DNA of 14,139 nucleotides from a virus (Duplodnaviria; Heunggongvirae; Uroviricota; Caudoviricetes): IMG/VR virus record IMGVR_UViG_2703718781_000011; one strand, 5' to 3'. Shown piece by piece: positions 1 to 7,058 of this stretch (position 1 is its first letter; each line of letters starts with the position of its first letter). The notes under the pieces were generated by a model. It saw only the letters and a program-made list of their open reading frames with translations, ran no database searches and was not told where the DNA came from. The position numbers and the translations under genes were made by a program.

Positions 1-104
1 CAACGCCCGGGAGCGATCTGCCCACAGAGAAAGGCACACTGACCACTCCGTAAGCTCCCCCCCGAAAGGCTCTGTGGTTGGTATGCGCCGGGCGTGGCGC
101 AGAT

Positions 105-130
105 ACAAAAAAGGCCCGCAAAAGCGAGCC
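105..130 (-). terminator. Rho-independent terminator downstream of the tRNA cluster
   Basis: On the minus strand, a 7-bp stem (GGCUCGC/GCGGGCC, one G-U) with UUUU loop is followed by a U6 run (plus-strand A-run 107-112). Seen directly in sequence. Confidence 0.45.
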
Positions 131-146
131 GGGAAAATAAGTGTAG

Positions 147-220
147 CGCGTTGTACTGGAGTCGAACCAGTGACCGATTGCTTAGAAGGCAATTGCTCTG
201 TCCTGCTGAGCTAACAACGC
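147..220 (-). tRNA. tRNA-Arg, anticodon UCU (rare-codon AGA reader); CCA not encoded
   Basis: Reverse complement folds as a canonical cloverleaf: acceptor GCGUUGU/ACAACGC, D-stem GCUC/GAGC, anticodon stem AUUGC/GCAAU with loop CUUCUAA, T-arm ACUGG-UUCGACU-CCAGU. Position after Q and tR' matches the ileZ/argN/argO arrangement of Stx-type lambdoid phages (established knowledge). Confidence 0.8.
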
Positions 221-233
221 AGAATACCGATAA

Positions 234-309
234 TGGACCACCACCGGGGACTCGAACCTCGCACACTCAACTTAAAGGGTTGACGCTCTTTCCTGATGGC
301 TAGTGGCGG
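234..309 (-). tRNA. tRNA-like element, probably a degenerate or pseudo-tRNA (anticodon loop CCUUUAA)
   Basis: A 76-nt unit with encoded CCA, a 7-bp acceptor stem (one G-U) and a perfect anticodon stem UCAAC/GUUGA. However the D-stem pairs at only 2 of 4 positions, the T-stem has an A-C mismatch, and position 33 is C rather than U. Confidence 0.4.
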
Positions 310-310
310 T

Positions 311-386
311 TGGTGGCCCTTGCTGGATTTGAACCAGCGACCTGGCGATTATGAGTCGCTCGCTCTCACCACTGAGCTAAAGGGCC
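311..386 (-). tRNA. tRNA with anticodon CAU, resembling tRNA-Ile2 (lysidine, AUA reader) more than initiator or elongator Met
   Basis: Cloverleaf: acceptor GGCCCUU/AAGGGCC, D-arm GCUC-AGUGGUGA-GAGC, anticodon loop CUCAUAA, T-arm GCUGG-UUCAAAU-CCAGC, discriminator A plus encoded CCA. Closely resembles E. coli ileX as I recall it. Confidence 0.8.
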
Positions 387-494
387 GGGCGCAGGATAAT
401 AACGTTACGAAATCAATGTTGCAAGCATACAAAAATCACCCTTATCTCCTCCACCAGCGCATTCACCATGTCTATCCGAGATAAGTGGCACAAC

Positions 495-518
495 AAAACC
501 CGCTTGTGGGCGGGTTTT
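495..518 (-). terminator. tR'-like intrinsic terminator (bidirectional hairpin) just downstream of the late promoter
   Basis: Perfect 9-bp stem aaaacccgc/gcgggtttt with loop ttgtgg and U-rich flanks on both strands. It lies about 45-65 nt downstream of the predicted pR' start, as for the lambda 6S transcript. Confidence 0.55.
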
Positions 519-569
519 GTTTGCTTTTGCCATCACGTACAAAATCGGCAAAATATCAGATTTGCATGA

Positions 570-598
570 AATATATGCCTTTCAATCTACTTTTGCAA
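570..598 (-). promoter_or_regulatory. pR'-like late promoter (-35 TTGCAA, 17-bp spacer, -10 TATATT) overlapping the 3' end of the Q gene
   Basis: Hexamers read directly on the minus strand; the position between Q and the terminator/tRNA cluster fits Q-dependent late transcription. Confidence 0.4.
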
Positions 599-1277
599 CA
601 CTTTGCTTTGAAAATGCCGCCTTTTGTTTTGAACGTGTTCTCATTACAAATAATAAAGCCTCACTATCCAGTCGGTGAAAAATGTGTTTCATTGCAACCC
701 AGTGACGAGTAAATGTTTTGGACCAGTTTTTAGTTGTCACTCCCGCCAGTAATGCCAGCTCCTGATATTCATAACCTTCCCCACCAAAAAGTTCTGCTTT
801 TACTGCCTGCGCCGCCAGCCAGATTAATTTTTTCAGGCGTTCCTGCGTTTTCCCAGCAATTTTTCTGGTACCGGATTGAGTATTAAATTCATTCCACGCC
901 CACTGTGTTATCGCGATCTGATATTCCCAACAAATACTCCCGCTGTAACACCACAACAACCAGGCTTTATGATGTTCTTCAAGAGACAGAACAGCCCGCC
1001 GCCACGATGATGTCGAAAACTCAACCGGACTGACCAGAGGAATTGACGTCACCTTCGCCAGCGATTGCTTTCCCGGGATTGGTGGATTATCCCGCGTTAT
1101 CATTTTTCCAGTCACTTCATCGCGGTACCGGATTTTTTTTCGCCTGTAACGCCCTGTATCGAACATGGCATTCTCCTGCCAGGCTTCAAGCTGACCTTTT
1201 GTTGCCCCACTCAAATCAGCGGTGGCGATAATGAGCTGCTCACGCACAAACTGTAAATAGTGGTTATTCATGCGCAC
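582..1277 (-). CDS. Late antitermination protein Q (long Q family, Qin QuuQ-like), 231 aa
   Basis: Assigned mainly by synteny: immediately downstream of rusA and upstream of pR'/tR' and the tRNAs, with a length typical of long Q proteins. The start overlaps the rusA stop by 10 nt. No motif was verified. Confidence 0.6.
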   Translation of the reverse strand: MRMNNHYLQFVREQLIIATADLSGATKGQLEAWQENAMFDTGRYRRKKIRYRDEVTGKMITRDNPPIPGKQSLAKVTSIPLVSPVEFSTSSWRRAVLSLEEHHKAWLLWCYSGSICWEYQIAITQWAWNEFNTQSGTRKIAGKTQERLKKLIWLAAQAVKAELFGGEGYEYQELALLAGVTTKNWSKTFTRHWVAMKHIFHRLDSEALLFVMRTRSKQKAAFSKQSVAKVD

Positions 1278-1633
1278 TCCAGTTCTGTGATTTTTATCCC
1301 CAGCCGCCCACCAGGAACGAGCTGACCGCGCACAATATTGATTTCATCAAACTGCTCGTCGTCTATGAGAAGTCCGGCATGCGTCAGCACATCCAGTGGT
1401 GCTTTCAGGATATTGTCCAGGTCACGACGGCGCTTATCCGGTGGCTCTGCAATAATCTTTATCACCAGCCTTCCGGACAGGTTTAATTTCAGCCGCTGCT
1501 GGCGAACAATTAGCGCCACATCACGGCGATAACGCTTTCCGGCTTCCGAGATGAAATACGTATTGCCATGACGTCGCCAGTAGGTATTCACCGTCGGCGG
1601 GTAAGGCAAAACAAATTCTATCCGTTCAGTCAT
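1268..1633 (-). CDS. rusA: Holliday junction resolvase RusA, 121 aa
   Basis: The translation carries the RusA signature block PPDKRRRDLDNILKAPLDVL...LLIDDEQ, and the size matches RusA (120 aa in E. coli). Confidence 0.9.
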   Translation of the reverse strand: MTERIEFVLPYPPTVNTYWRRHGNTYFISEAGKRYRRDVALIVRQQRLKLNLSGRLVIKIIAEPPDKRRRDLDNILKAPLDVLTHAGLLIDDEQFDEINIVRGQLVPGGRLGIKITELECA

Positions 1634-2689
1634 TCATGCTTTCCACTTCAGGACACCCGAATTTCTCGCGTGCATTAAAAAACGAATCAGCAACAACAGC
1701 TGGCTGCCGTGTTTTTCTTCAAAATCTTTTACCCCAGCGTGCAGTTCGTTATGACATTTACGGCACAGCGGAATAACAAACAAATCATCAGCCTTTGTTC
1801 CCATCCCTCCCAGTCCATGACCAATGATGTGATGCGGATCATCTGCCTGATTACCGCACGTCATGCATTTCTGCGTTTTTACCCAGCGCGTGTATACAGG
1901 CATCTCTTCCCGTTGTGGTTTCTGGCGCTGGAGATACTGAGCCGGTGACTCCGGATCAACGGCAATGCTGACCACCGTCTTTTCCTGTGGCGGGTTTTGC
2001 TGGTGGGCGTGAGGCAGCGGCGCAAGATTTTTTGTGCGCTGCTTCAGTATGATGGTGGCGGTCTGCTCTCCCGGTACGATGTCGCTTTCACGGTACATTG
2101 AGCGGATTTTTTCCGCACGCAACCCCAGCGAACGACGTAATACCGCTTCCGGTAGCGCGTCCGCCACCTGATTGCGGACCGCCCACCAGGATAATTCAGC
2201 CAGAGATAATTCACGCTCCTGCGTACCGCTTATTGCGTGACCGATGACGTCAATCATCCATGCTGACAGGTTTTGATGAGCAAGTTGCTCGAGTGATTCG
2301 GATGTCTGGTCACGCAGCTGGTTGTCGCAGTGCCAGCACAACACCATTGCGCCGGTACCATAACGGTGAATAACGGTTTCACTGTGATGATAGTCACCAT
2401 GAGGCCACTGGCAGGATTTGACATGACGCAACAGCCAGTCAGACAGTGCACCAGCGCCACCAACAGCACGAATCACACGCTCATTGCTGAAAAACGGCAG
2501 TAATGATTTATCCTCCGCCAGCGGCTGGCGAACGGCAGGGACGATGCCGGACGGCAGACCGCGCATGCTTTTCGGTTCCGGCTCCACAAGCACTCGAGGG
2601 TTATGGAATACCTGCATGGATTCACGGCCTGGTTTAAGGACCACCAACCCAAGTTCCGGTACCGGAACAGGTCGAAGTAATACCCGCAC
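1634..2689 (-). CDS. DUF968 domain protein (YdfU-like), 351 aa
   Basis: C-terminal Cys/His-rich block CMTCGN...HHIIGHGLGGMGTKADDLFVIPLCRKCHNELH typical of the DUF968 family found next to Q in Qin-like prophages. Its stop abuts the rusA start. Confidence 0.8.
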   Translation of the reverse strand: MRVLLRPVPVPELGLVVLKPGRESMQVFHNPRVLVEPEPKSMRGLPSGIVPAVRQPLAEDKSLLPFFSNERVIRAVGGAGALSDWLLRHVKSCQWPHGDYHHSETVIHRYGTGAMVLCWHCDNQLRDQTSESLEQLAHQNLSAWMIDVIGHAISGTQERELSLAELSWWAVRNQVADALPEAVLRRSLGLRAEKIRSMYRESDIVPGEQTATIILKQRTKNLAPLPHAHQQNPPQEKTVVSIAVDPESPAQYLQRQKPQREEMPVYTRWVKTQKCMTCGNQADDPHHIIGHGLGGMGTKADDLFVIPLCRKCHNELHAGVKDFEEKHGSQLLLLIRFLMHARNSGVLKWKA

Positions 2690-2690
2690 G

Positions 2691-2969
2691 TTACCTCCAG
2701 ATGCGTTGCTGGAATGTGCGGGACGGACGCGGTGGGCGCTCGGAGTACGGCAGCCTGACGTAGATTATCCAGTGACGATAATCGAGGCTGAGGGCTTTCC
2801 TAAACTCATACCCACGTCTGCGGTAGTTCTGAATCAGCCATTCGGCCTGTTCTTCAGTGCATGGGGCGTGCCGGAACCAGTCAGATTTGAATGCATGAGA
2901 ACGCCGCCCGTGCCTGCTGGCAAAGACGGCTGAATTATCAGAATTGTGTAGTCTGGAATTTTGCGCCAT
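2691..2969 (-). CDS. Hypothetical basic protein, 92 aa (nin-region small ORF)
   Basis: ORF preceded by GGAG about 8 nt upstream; its stop overlaps the DUF968 start (ATGC), suggesting translational coupling. No family recognised. Confidence 0.55.
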   Translation of the reverse strand: MAQNSRLHNSDNSAVFASRHGRRSHAFKSDWFRHAPCTEEQAEWLIQNYRRRGYEFRKALSLDYRHWIIYVRLPYSERPPRPSRTFQQRIWR

Positions 2970-3038
2970 CGGCTTTCTCCGGTGGCACAGTGTTACTCAA
3001 CAGGGGTTCAGCCCTGCGCTGAATTGTAGATGAATTCA

Positions 3039-3299
3039 CTAATCTTCAAAAGCAGAAAAACCAGCCTTAATCCCAGCTTCTTTCAGAGACGGCAACGATG
3101 TGACAAATTCATTTGCACGCAAAATAAAACCATCCGTCACAAGCCCATCCACAAAATGAATTAACGCAGCTCCACTCTTCCTTTGTTGAGACTGTAAACA
3201 TTTAATACGGCAGTGGCTGACAATAGCGCCCTTCTCAACGCGCACAGTATAGAGGCCATCTTCACTAAAAATTTCACGTAATTCTTCGATTCTCATCAA
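3039..3299 (-). CDS. Hypothetical protein, 86 aa (occupies the position of rem in Qin-type prophages)
   Basis: ORF with a GGAAGGA SD about 9 nt upstream of ATG. Identity not established. Confidence 0.5.
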   Translation of the reverse strand: MMRIEELREIFSEDGLYTVRVEKGAIVSHCRIKCLQSQQRKSGAALIHFVDGLVTDGFILRANEFVTSLPSLKEAGIKAGFSAFED

Positions 3300-3378
3300 C
3301 AGAATCCTTCCAGATAAATAGCACTCCCCTGTTCGGGGTCCATCCCTCTTCTCCCTGCGCGCTACTTAAGTATTTTTG

Positions 3379-3408
3379 ATTCTATTCCGGCGCCGTCCGG
3401 AACTTCAA
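3379..3408 (-). promoter_or_regulatory. Candidate sigma70 promoter (-35 TTGAAG, 18-bp spacer, -10 TAGAAT) for the 86-aa ORF and the nin-like operon
   Basis: Hexamers read on the minus strand directly downstream of the hok terminator. Confidence 0.3.
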
Positions 3409-3416
3409 ACGCGTTG

Positions 3417-3447
3417 AAAATAAAAACAAAAACCCGCCGAAGCGGGT
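3417..3447 (-). terminator. Rho-independent terminator of the hok transcript
   Basis: Minus strand: stem cccgc/gcggg with ttcg loop followed by UUUUUGUUUUU. Confidence 0.6.
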
Positions 3448-3516
3448 TAAGTGCGGGTGCGTTGAGGATGCCTGACACATCAGAGGTGGCGAGGGATTTC
3501 TCCCCCGCCTGGTCTC

Positions 3517-3672
3517 TTACTCCTCAGGTTCGTAAGCTGTGAAGACAGCGACCTCCGTCTGGCCGGTTCGGATTCGTACCTCGCAGAGGTCTTTCCTCGT
3601 TACCAGTGCCGTCACTATGACGGTTAAACAGATGACGATCAGGGCGATTAACATCGCCTTTTGCTGCTTCAT
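3517..3672 (-). CDS. hokD: Hok/Gef-family type I membrane toxin, 51 aa; an in-frame upstream extension to 3729 gives a 70-codon mok-like ORF
   Basis: Translation MKQQKAMLIALIVICLTVIVTALVTRKDLCEVRIRTGQTEVAVFTAYEPEE matches the HokD/RelF and Gef peptides as I recall them. AAGGAG lies 9 nt upstream of the hok ATG; the upstream in-frame ATG at 3729 has its own GAGG SD. Confidence 0.85.
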   Translation of the reverse strand: MKQQKAMLIALIVICLTVIVTALVTRKDLCEVRIRTGQTEVAVFTAYEPEE

Positions 3673-3825
3673 AGCCTGCTTCTCCTTGACCTTTCGGTCC
3701 GTAAGAGGCAATCTATATGTGACGAGCATATAGGGGCCTCACTTCGATTTATAGTCGGGTGGGGCTTTTATCTATCTGCCGTTGGTGTTCATGCCCGAGG
3801 CAGATAGCCTCAAGCACCCGCAGCA

Positions 3826-3854
3826 ATCCTACTTAACTCTGCCGTTACAGCAAA
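3826..3854 (-). promoter_or_regulatory. Candidate hok promoter (-35 TTTGCT, 17-bp spacer, -10 TAGGAT)
   Basis: Would give an mRNA of about 390 nt ending at the terminator at 3417-3447, matching the roughly 400-nt hok mRNAs of characterised loci (established knowledge). The leader has alternative pairings (ctatctgcc versus ggcagatag). Confidence 0.35.
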
Positions 3855-3864
3855 CCGTTTTCGC

Positions 3865-3888
3865 CCGATATGGGAATTCCCATATCGG
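3865..3888. repeat. Perfect 24-bp palindrome CCGATATGGGAATTCCCATATCGG
   Basis: Seen directly; centred on GAATTC, about 10 bp upstream of the candidate hok -35. Confidence 0.9.
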
Positions 3889-4007
3889 AATGAATTCAGT
3901 TCACCTGGCGAGGCTTAGCGTACAATTTTTTCCGTTTTGTGAGCTGCCCCTACATGCCGCTGGCGCGGCATCCGGAAAAAGAATCCACGTCCTGAAGGAC
4001 GAGGATG

Positions 4008-4766
4008 TCAAGTGCCTTTCCTGGTCCAGCCATATTTTTTGAATGCAGGCGCCGCTTCATCGGTTTGTAGCCATTCTGCAAATCGACGGGTTTCATCATT
4101 TGCATCCTGACGTACTGTAATGTTCATATCACGCCATATCACGTAGTCTGGCGCTATTTCCACGACATCACCAATTTCTGGATTACTGGCTGCCCAGTCA
4201 GCCCAGGTTATCCAGACATCTGCTCCAGGCTGATTCTCAAGAGCCTTACGTGCAGTTCCGCTATTGGGCGCATATAAAATAATATTTTTTCGGATTGCGG
4301 CGACAGTTTCTATATTCCCTTTACGTCCGGCAATATCTTCCCAGACGCCAGTGCCTGATGTATTACTGGTACCACCACCATCATTAACAATTACGCCAAT
4401 CCCAGGTCTGGTCAGGTCGTCAATACTCCGGATATTTTTAGGATTACCTTTCTTTACCAGTAAAATACTTTTTCGCAGATAAAGAGGCTGAATATCTTTT
4501 TCACTGAAGCTGTCTTTATGGTCCCGAATGATAGCCAGAGCAGATTGTTCTGATGCGCCAAACAAGATATCTGCATTTTTTTTGGCATCTTCATTCCATT
4601 TGTTCTGTGGGCCGTAATGAACGTTCACTATAATACCTGTTTTTTCGGCATAAAGTTTGGCTGCATCAAGCAAGGCTGTATGCGGGCCACCAGGACCATA
4701 CAGATTGATATCAGCATAAGCAGCAGAAGACAGGAATATTAAAAAACCTGCCATTATGTTCCTCAT
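4008..4766 (-). CDS. Secreted ModA-like periplasmic substrate-binding protein (PBP type 2 fold, molybdate/tungstate/sulfate-binding family), orphan; 252 aa
   Basis: N-terminal Sec signal peptide MRNIMAGFLIFLSSAAYA with no lipobox Cys. Domain order and the C-terminal block AAPAFKKYGWTRK resemble E. coli ModA (AAEIFKRYGFTIK). Strong SD (AAAGGAG-6 nt-ATG). No permease or ATPase partner in the window. Confidence 0.75.
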   Translation of the reverse strand: MRNIMAGFLIFLSSAAYADINLYGPGGPHTALLDAAKLYAEKTGIIVNVHYGPQNKWNEDAKKNADILFGASEQSALAIIRDHKDSFSEKDIQPLYLRKSILLVKKGNPKNIRSIDDLTRPGIGVIVNDGGGTSNTSGTGVWEDIAGRKGNIETVAAIRKNIILYAPNSGTARKALENQPGADVWITWADWAASNPEIGDVVEIAPDYVIWRDMNITVRQDANDETRRFAEWLQTDEAAPAFKKYGWTRKGT

Positions 4767-4930
4767 AAAAAACTCCTTTTATTGGTTATCATGAAATAAA
4801 GTTATAAACACTACAAATAATATATATTACATCCAGATAAACTTATCCGACTTTACCTCGTGCATAGCTTGTTATTTAAAGTCAACAAAATAAGGAAAAT
4901 TATACGCATATTGAAGAGTATAAACCTTAC

Positions 4931-4958
4931 ATGTTGATTACATTTTTGTAATCAACAT
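4931..4958. repeat. Perfect inverted repeat ATGTTGATTACA-tttt-TGTAATCAACAT (12-bp arms) in the AT-rich region upstream of the ModA-like gene
   Basis: Seen directly; about 165 bp upstream of the ModA-like start codon. Confidence 0.9.
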
Positions 4959-5039
4959 CCTGTTTGGAATAGCCAGCCTTTAATGGATAACTATTTCTGA
5001 CAATGCAATGAGTATAATCAAGTCCATCTTCCACTGAGA

Positions 5040-5589
5040 ATTAGAGGCGGCATGCTTTTTCCGGCTCTTGCCGGATATCCGTAATTGTCCATAATCTGCA
5101 GATTTATACCTTCTGCATGACCTGTCAGCGAAAATTTGTCCGGTGTTTCTACGGGAATGACATCAAAGTTACACGCACTCGCGTTACCGTGTAGACCTAC
5201 TTTCCTGCACTTGCAAGATCACAGTGGTGTAACCGTAACAGGAATTTATTCTCTGGACCGGCAGTAAATCCCTGAGTGGCGTGGTTCCCATATCAATTTC
5301 CCGCCAGGCAGCCTCCATTGCCAGCGTACAGGCTGGAGCCATGACCTGCCCTTTAAATCTGGCCCGACCATCCCACCGGACGTGTTCTTCTCCCCTGAAC
5401 TTAGGTACAGTCATCTCCAGTGGCACAAAAGTGTCAGCGCCATAATTTTTGACCGTTATCGCGCTACGGATATTTTGTTGACTGGTGAAAATCACCCCGC
5501 AGAATCAGGCTTATTCCCTTAACCTGGGCTTTCATCCTGACCGCCGCCTCACTACGACCAATCAGACTGCCGATGCATTTTACCTTCAT
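5040..5589 (-). pseudogene. Decayed coding region: three consecutive protein-like reading-frame segments in different frames, no intact start
   Basis: Minus-strand segments MKVKCIGSLIGRSEAAVRMKAQVKGISLILRGDFHQ (5589-5470), ...IRSAITVKNYGADTFVPLEMTVPKFRGEEHVRWDGRARFKGQVMAPACTLAMEAAW... (5495-5184) and ...FDVIPVETPDKFSLTGHAEGINLQIMDNYGYPARAGK... (to about 5040) abut each other with frame changes. Family not recognised. Confidence 0.3.
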
Positions 5590-5624
5590 TGTTAGTATCA
5601 TGATTTCAGGCCTGCACCATCCGC

Positions 5625-6359
5625 TCATTGCCCGGACTTCCGACAAATCCCGGCAACCATATCCCGGTGCTTGTTCAGCTCCCGCAGCGCGGCGCAGACT
5701 CGCTCCCACTTCTGGACATGATTCTTCGCCCTACGCAGTTCGCGATTTGCCATATGCAGCGATGGCAAAATCAAATCATCTTCTCGCGTTGCAGTAAACG
5801 ATGGCAGCGACTGCACAATGTCCGCCACAGTTTCTGTTTTAATATCTTCCTGTGTTGCATCTTTCTGTACCGGTAACGCAACACCGGCTGGCTGAGGAAA
5901 GGCTTTACCATCGGTTTCCGCTACCGATTCAACTTTCGGCTCTGCTGGTAAATTATCACCTGGTATGCAGTAACGAATTTTACCGTTCTGGTTTACGCGA
6001 ATCAGACGACCTTTGCTGATTGCCATTGCCAGCGTTGAAGCAACTTTGCGGGATGTTGTACCGAACAGCGTAGCCAGTTCATCCGCCGTTTGTGGTCCGC
6101 GTTGTTCAATCGTCGCGGTTAAATCGCACTCTGAGATTTTCGCTTCTGTTGCCGTGGTGGTTTCTTCTGGCGCTGGCTGTTCCTGCTGAACGTTGTTATC
6201 AGCCACACGCCAGGTGTATACGCTTTTATCAACGAAGCCAGCCTTTTTCAGTTCCCACAGCTCGTTCAGTACTTCTTCACGACTGATATCAAGTCGCGCA
6301 GCCAGCTCTACCGACGTGGCTTTTCCCATCGCTTTCAGTGCGTCAAAAACAGTCTCCAT
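5625..6359 (-). CDS. Hypothetical phage protein with N-terminal winged-helix-like domain (possibly DUF1627 family), 244 aa
   Basis: Intact ORF with GGGAGG SD 7 nt upstream. The N-terminal 60 aa have an HTH-like pattern ([28 protein letters not shown]). Sits directly downstream of P. Confidence 0.7.
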   Translation of the reverse strand: METVFDALKAMGKATSVELAARLDISREEVLNELWELKKAGFVDKSVYTWRVADNNVQQEQPAPEETTTATEAKISECDLTATIEQRGPQTADELATLFGTTSRKVASTLAMAISKGRLIRVNQNGKIRYCIPGDNLPAEPKVESVAETDGKAFPQPAGVALPVQKDATQEDIKTETVADIVQSLPSFTATREDDLILPSLHMANRELRRAKNHVQKWERVCAALRELNKHRDMVAGICRKSGQ

Positions 6360-6392
6360 AAATTTCCTCCCGGTAAAAAATCACTTCTCAAC

Positions 6393-7058
6393 TCAAACAA
6401 AACCAGCCGCTTTCCGGCGTTCATATTCCTGTTTCAGCAACTCAATTGGCGTTGGCCCCGACGGGCGTTTGGGGGCCGCCAGTTGTCGCCGGACTGGCGG
6501 AACGCTCAGGCCGTTACTAACATGCTTTGCCCATTTCGTCAGTTGCCGTTCTGCAAGCCGTTTTAATTCCCCTTCGGTCATCTGGCGCTCAATCCCCTTT
6601 GAACGCATCTCGAGGCAAATGTGATACAGCACAGGCTGAGACCACGGGTACTTATCACTTCCGTCGTATCGCCAGGACTCATTGCGCCAGCGGCGGTACT
6701 CCTCCATCACAGCATCCACCGTCAGACCGAATGGATTGGCTCCGCTTTTCGAAATCAGTGCCACAAACTCAGCCAGGTCCGGAGGCCATGTTTCACCCGC
6801 CCGGCAGCGGTCCATGCACTGGCGGCAGACCTGCCGGATTTGCTGCTCAGTCATCGCGCCAATCTGTGCAATCCAGAGCTTCGATGGTGCGGCCCCGTTC
6901 TTCTGGGTCCAGCGGTTCGAATAAACCTCCCCCATGAGTTCCCACAGCTTCCAGGCCGTTTCCGTCGCTGATAAATCCGTTTTCACGTTCCCACTGCTCA
7001 CGTGCTGCCCGAATTTCCTGAACTGCCCGTGATGCGGTGCCACCTGGTGCTGCTGCAT
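6393..7058 (-). CDS. Replication protein P homologue (lambda P-like helicase loader); start uncertain (7058, 6935 or 6854)
   Basis: C-terminal two thirds resemble lambda P as recalled (PPDLAEFVALI versus PSPGQFVAWC, a YPW block, ELKRLAERQL versus ELRRKAADEL). ATG 7058 has an AAGGGG SD but overlaps the O frame by about 210 nt. ATG 6854 forms an ATGACTGA junction with the O stop. Confidence 0.7.
   Translation of the reverse strand: MQQHQVAPHHGQFRKFGQHVSSGNVKTDLSATETAWKLWELMGEVYSNRWTQKNGAAPSKLWIAQIGAMTEQQIRQVCRQCMDRCRAGETWPPDLAEFVALISKSGANPFGLTVDAVMEEYRRWRNESWRYDGSDKYPWSQPVLYHICLEMRSKGIERQMTEGELKRLAERQLTKWAKHVSNGLSVPPVRRQLAAPKRPSGPTPIELLKQEYERRKAAGFV

Noticed and set aside
94-484. Plus-strand ORFs of 69 and 62 codons (94-303, 296-484)
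   Set aside because: They lie entirely over the minus-strand tRNA genes and the terminator hairpin, have no SD, and their translations are low-complexity; they are by-products of the tRNA sequence.
2484-2933. Plus-strand 149-codon ORF
   Set aside because: Antisense to the well-supported DUF968 and 92-aa genes; the translation is Gly/Ser/Thr/Arg-rich with no start context.
3955-3972. Hairpin atgccgc-tggc-gcggcat downstream of the ModA-like gene as an intrinsic terminator
   Set aside because: There is no U-run on the 3' side in either orientation, so it is not a canonical rho-independent terminator; it may still be a structural element.
3782-4042. Plus-strand 86-codon ORF between hok and the ModA-like gene
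   Set aside because: It covers the hok promoter/leader and the palindrome, has no SD, and does not look like a protein; the region is better explained as the hok regulatory leader.
6092-7058. Several plus-strand ORFs of 64-143 codons across the P/O region
   Set aside because: All are antisense to the homology-supported replication genes and have Ser/Arg/Pro-rich translations typical of GC-rich antisense frames.
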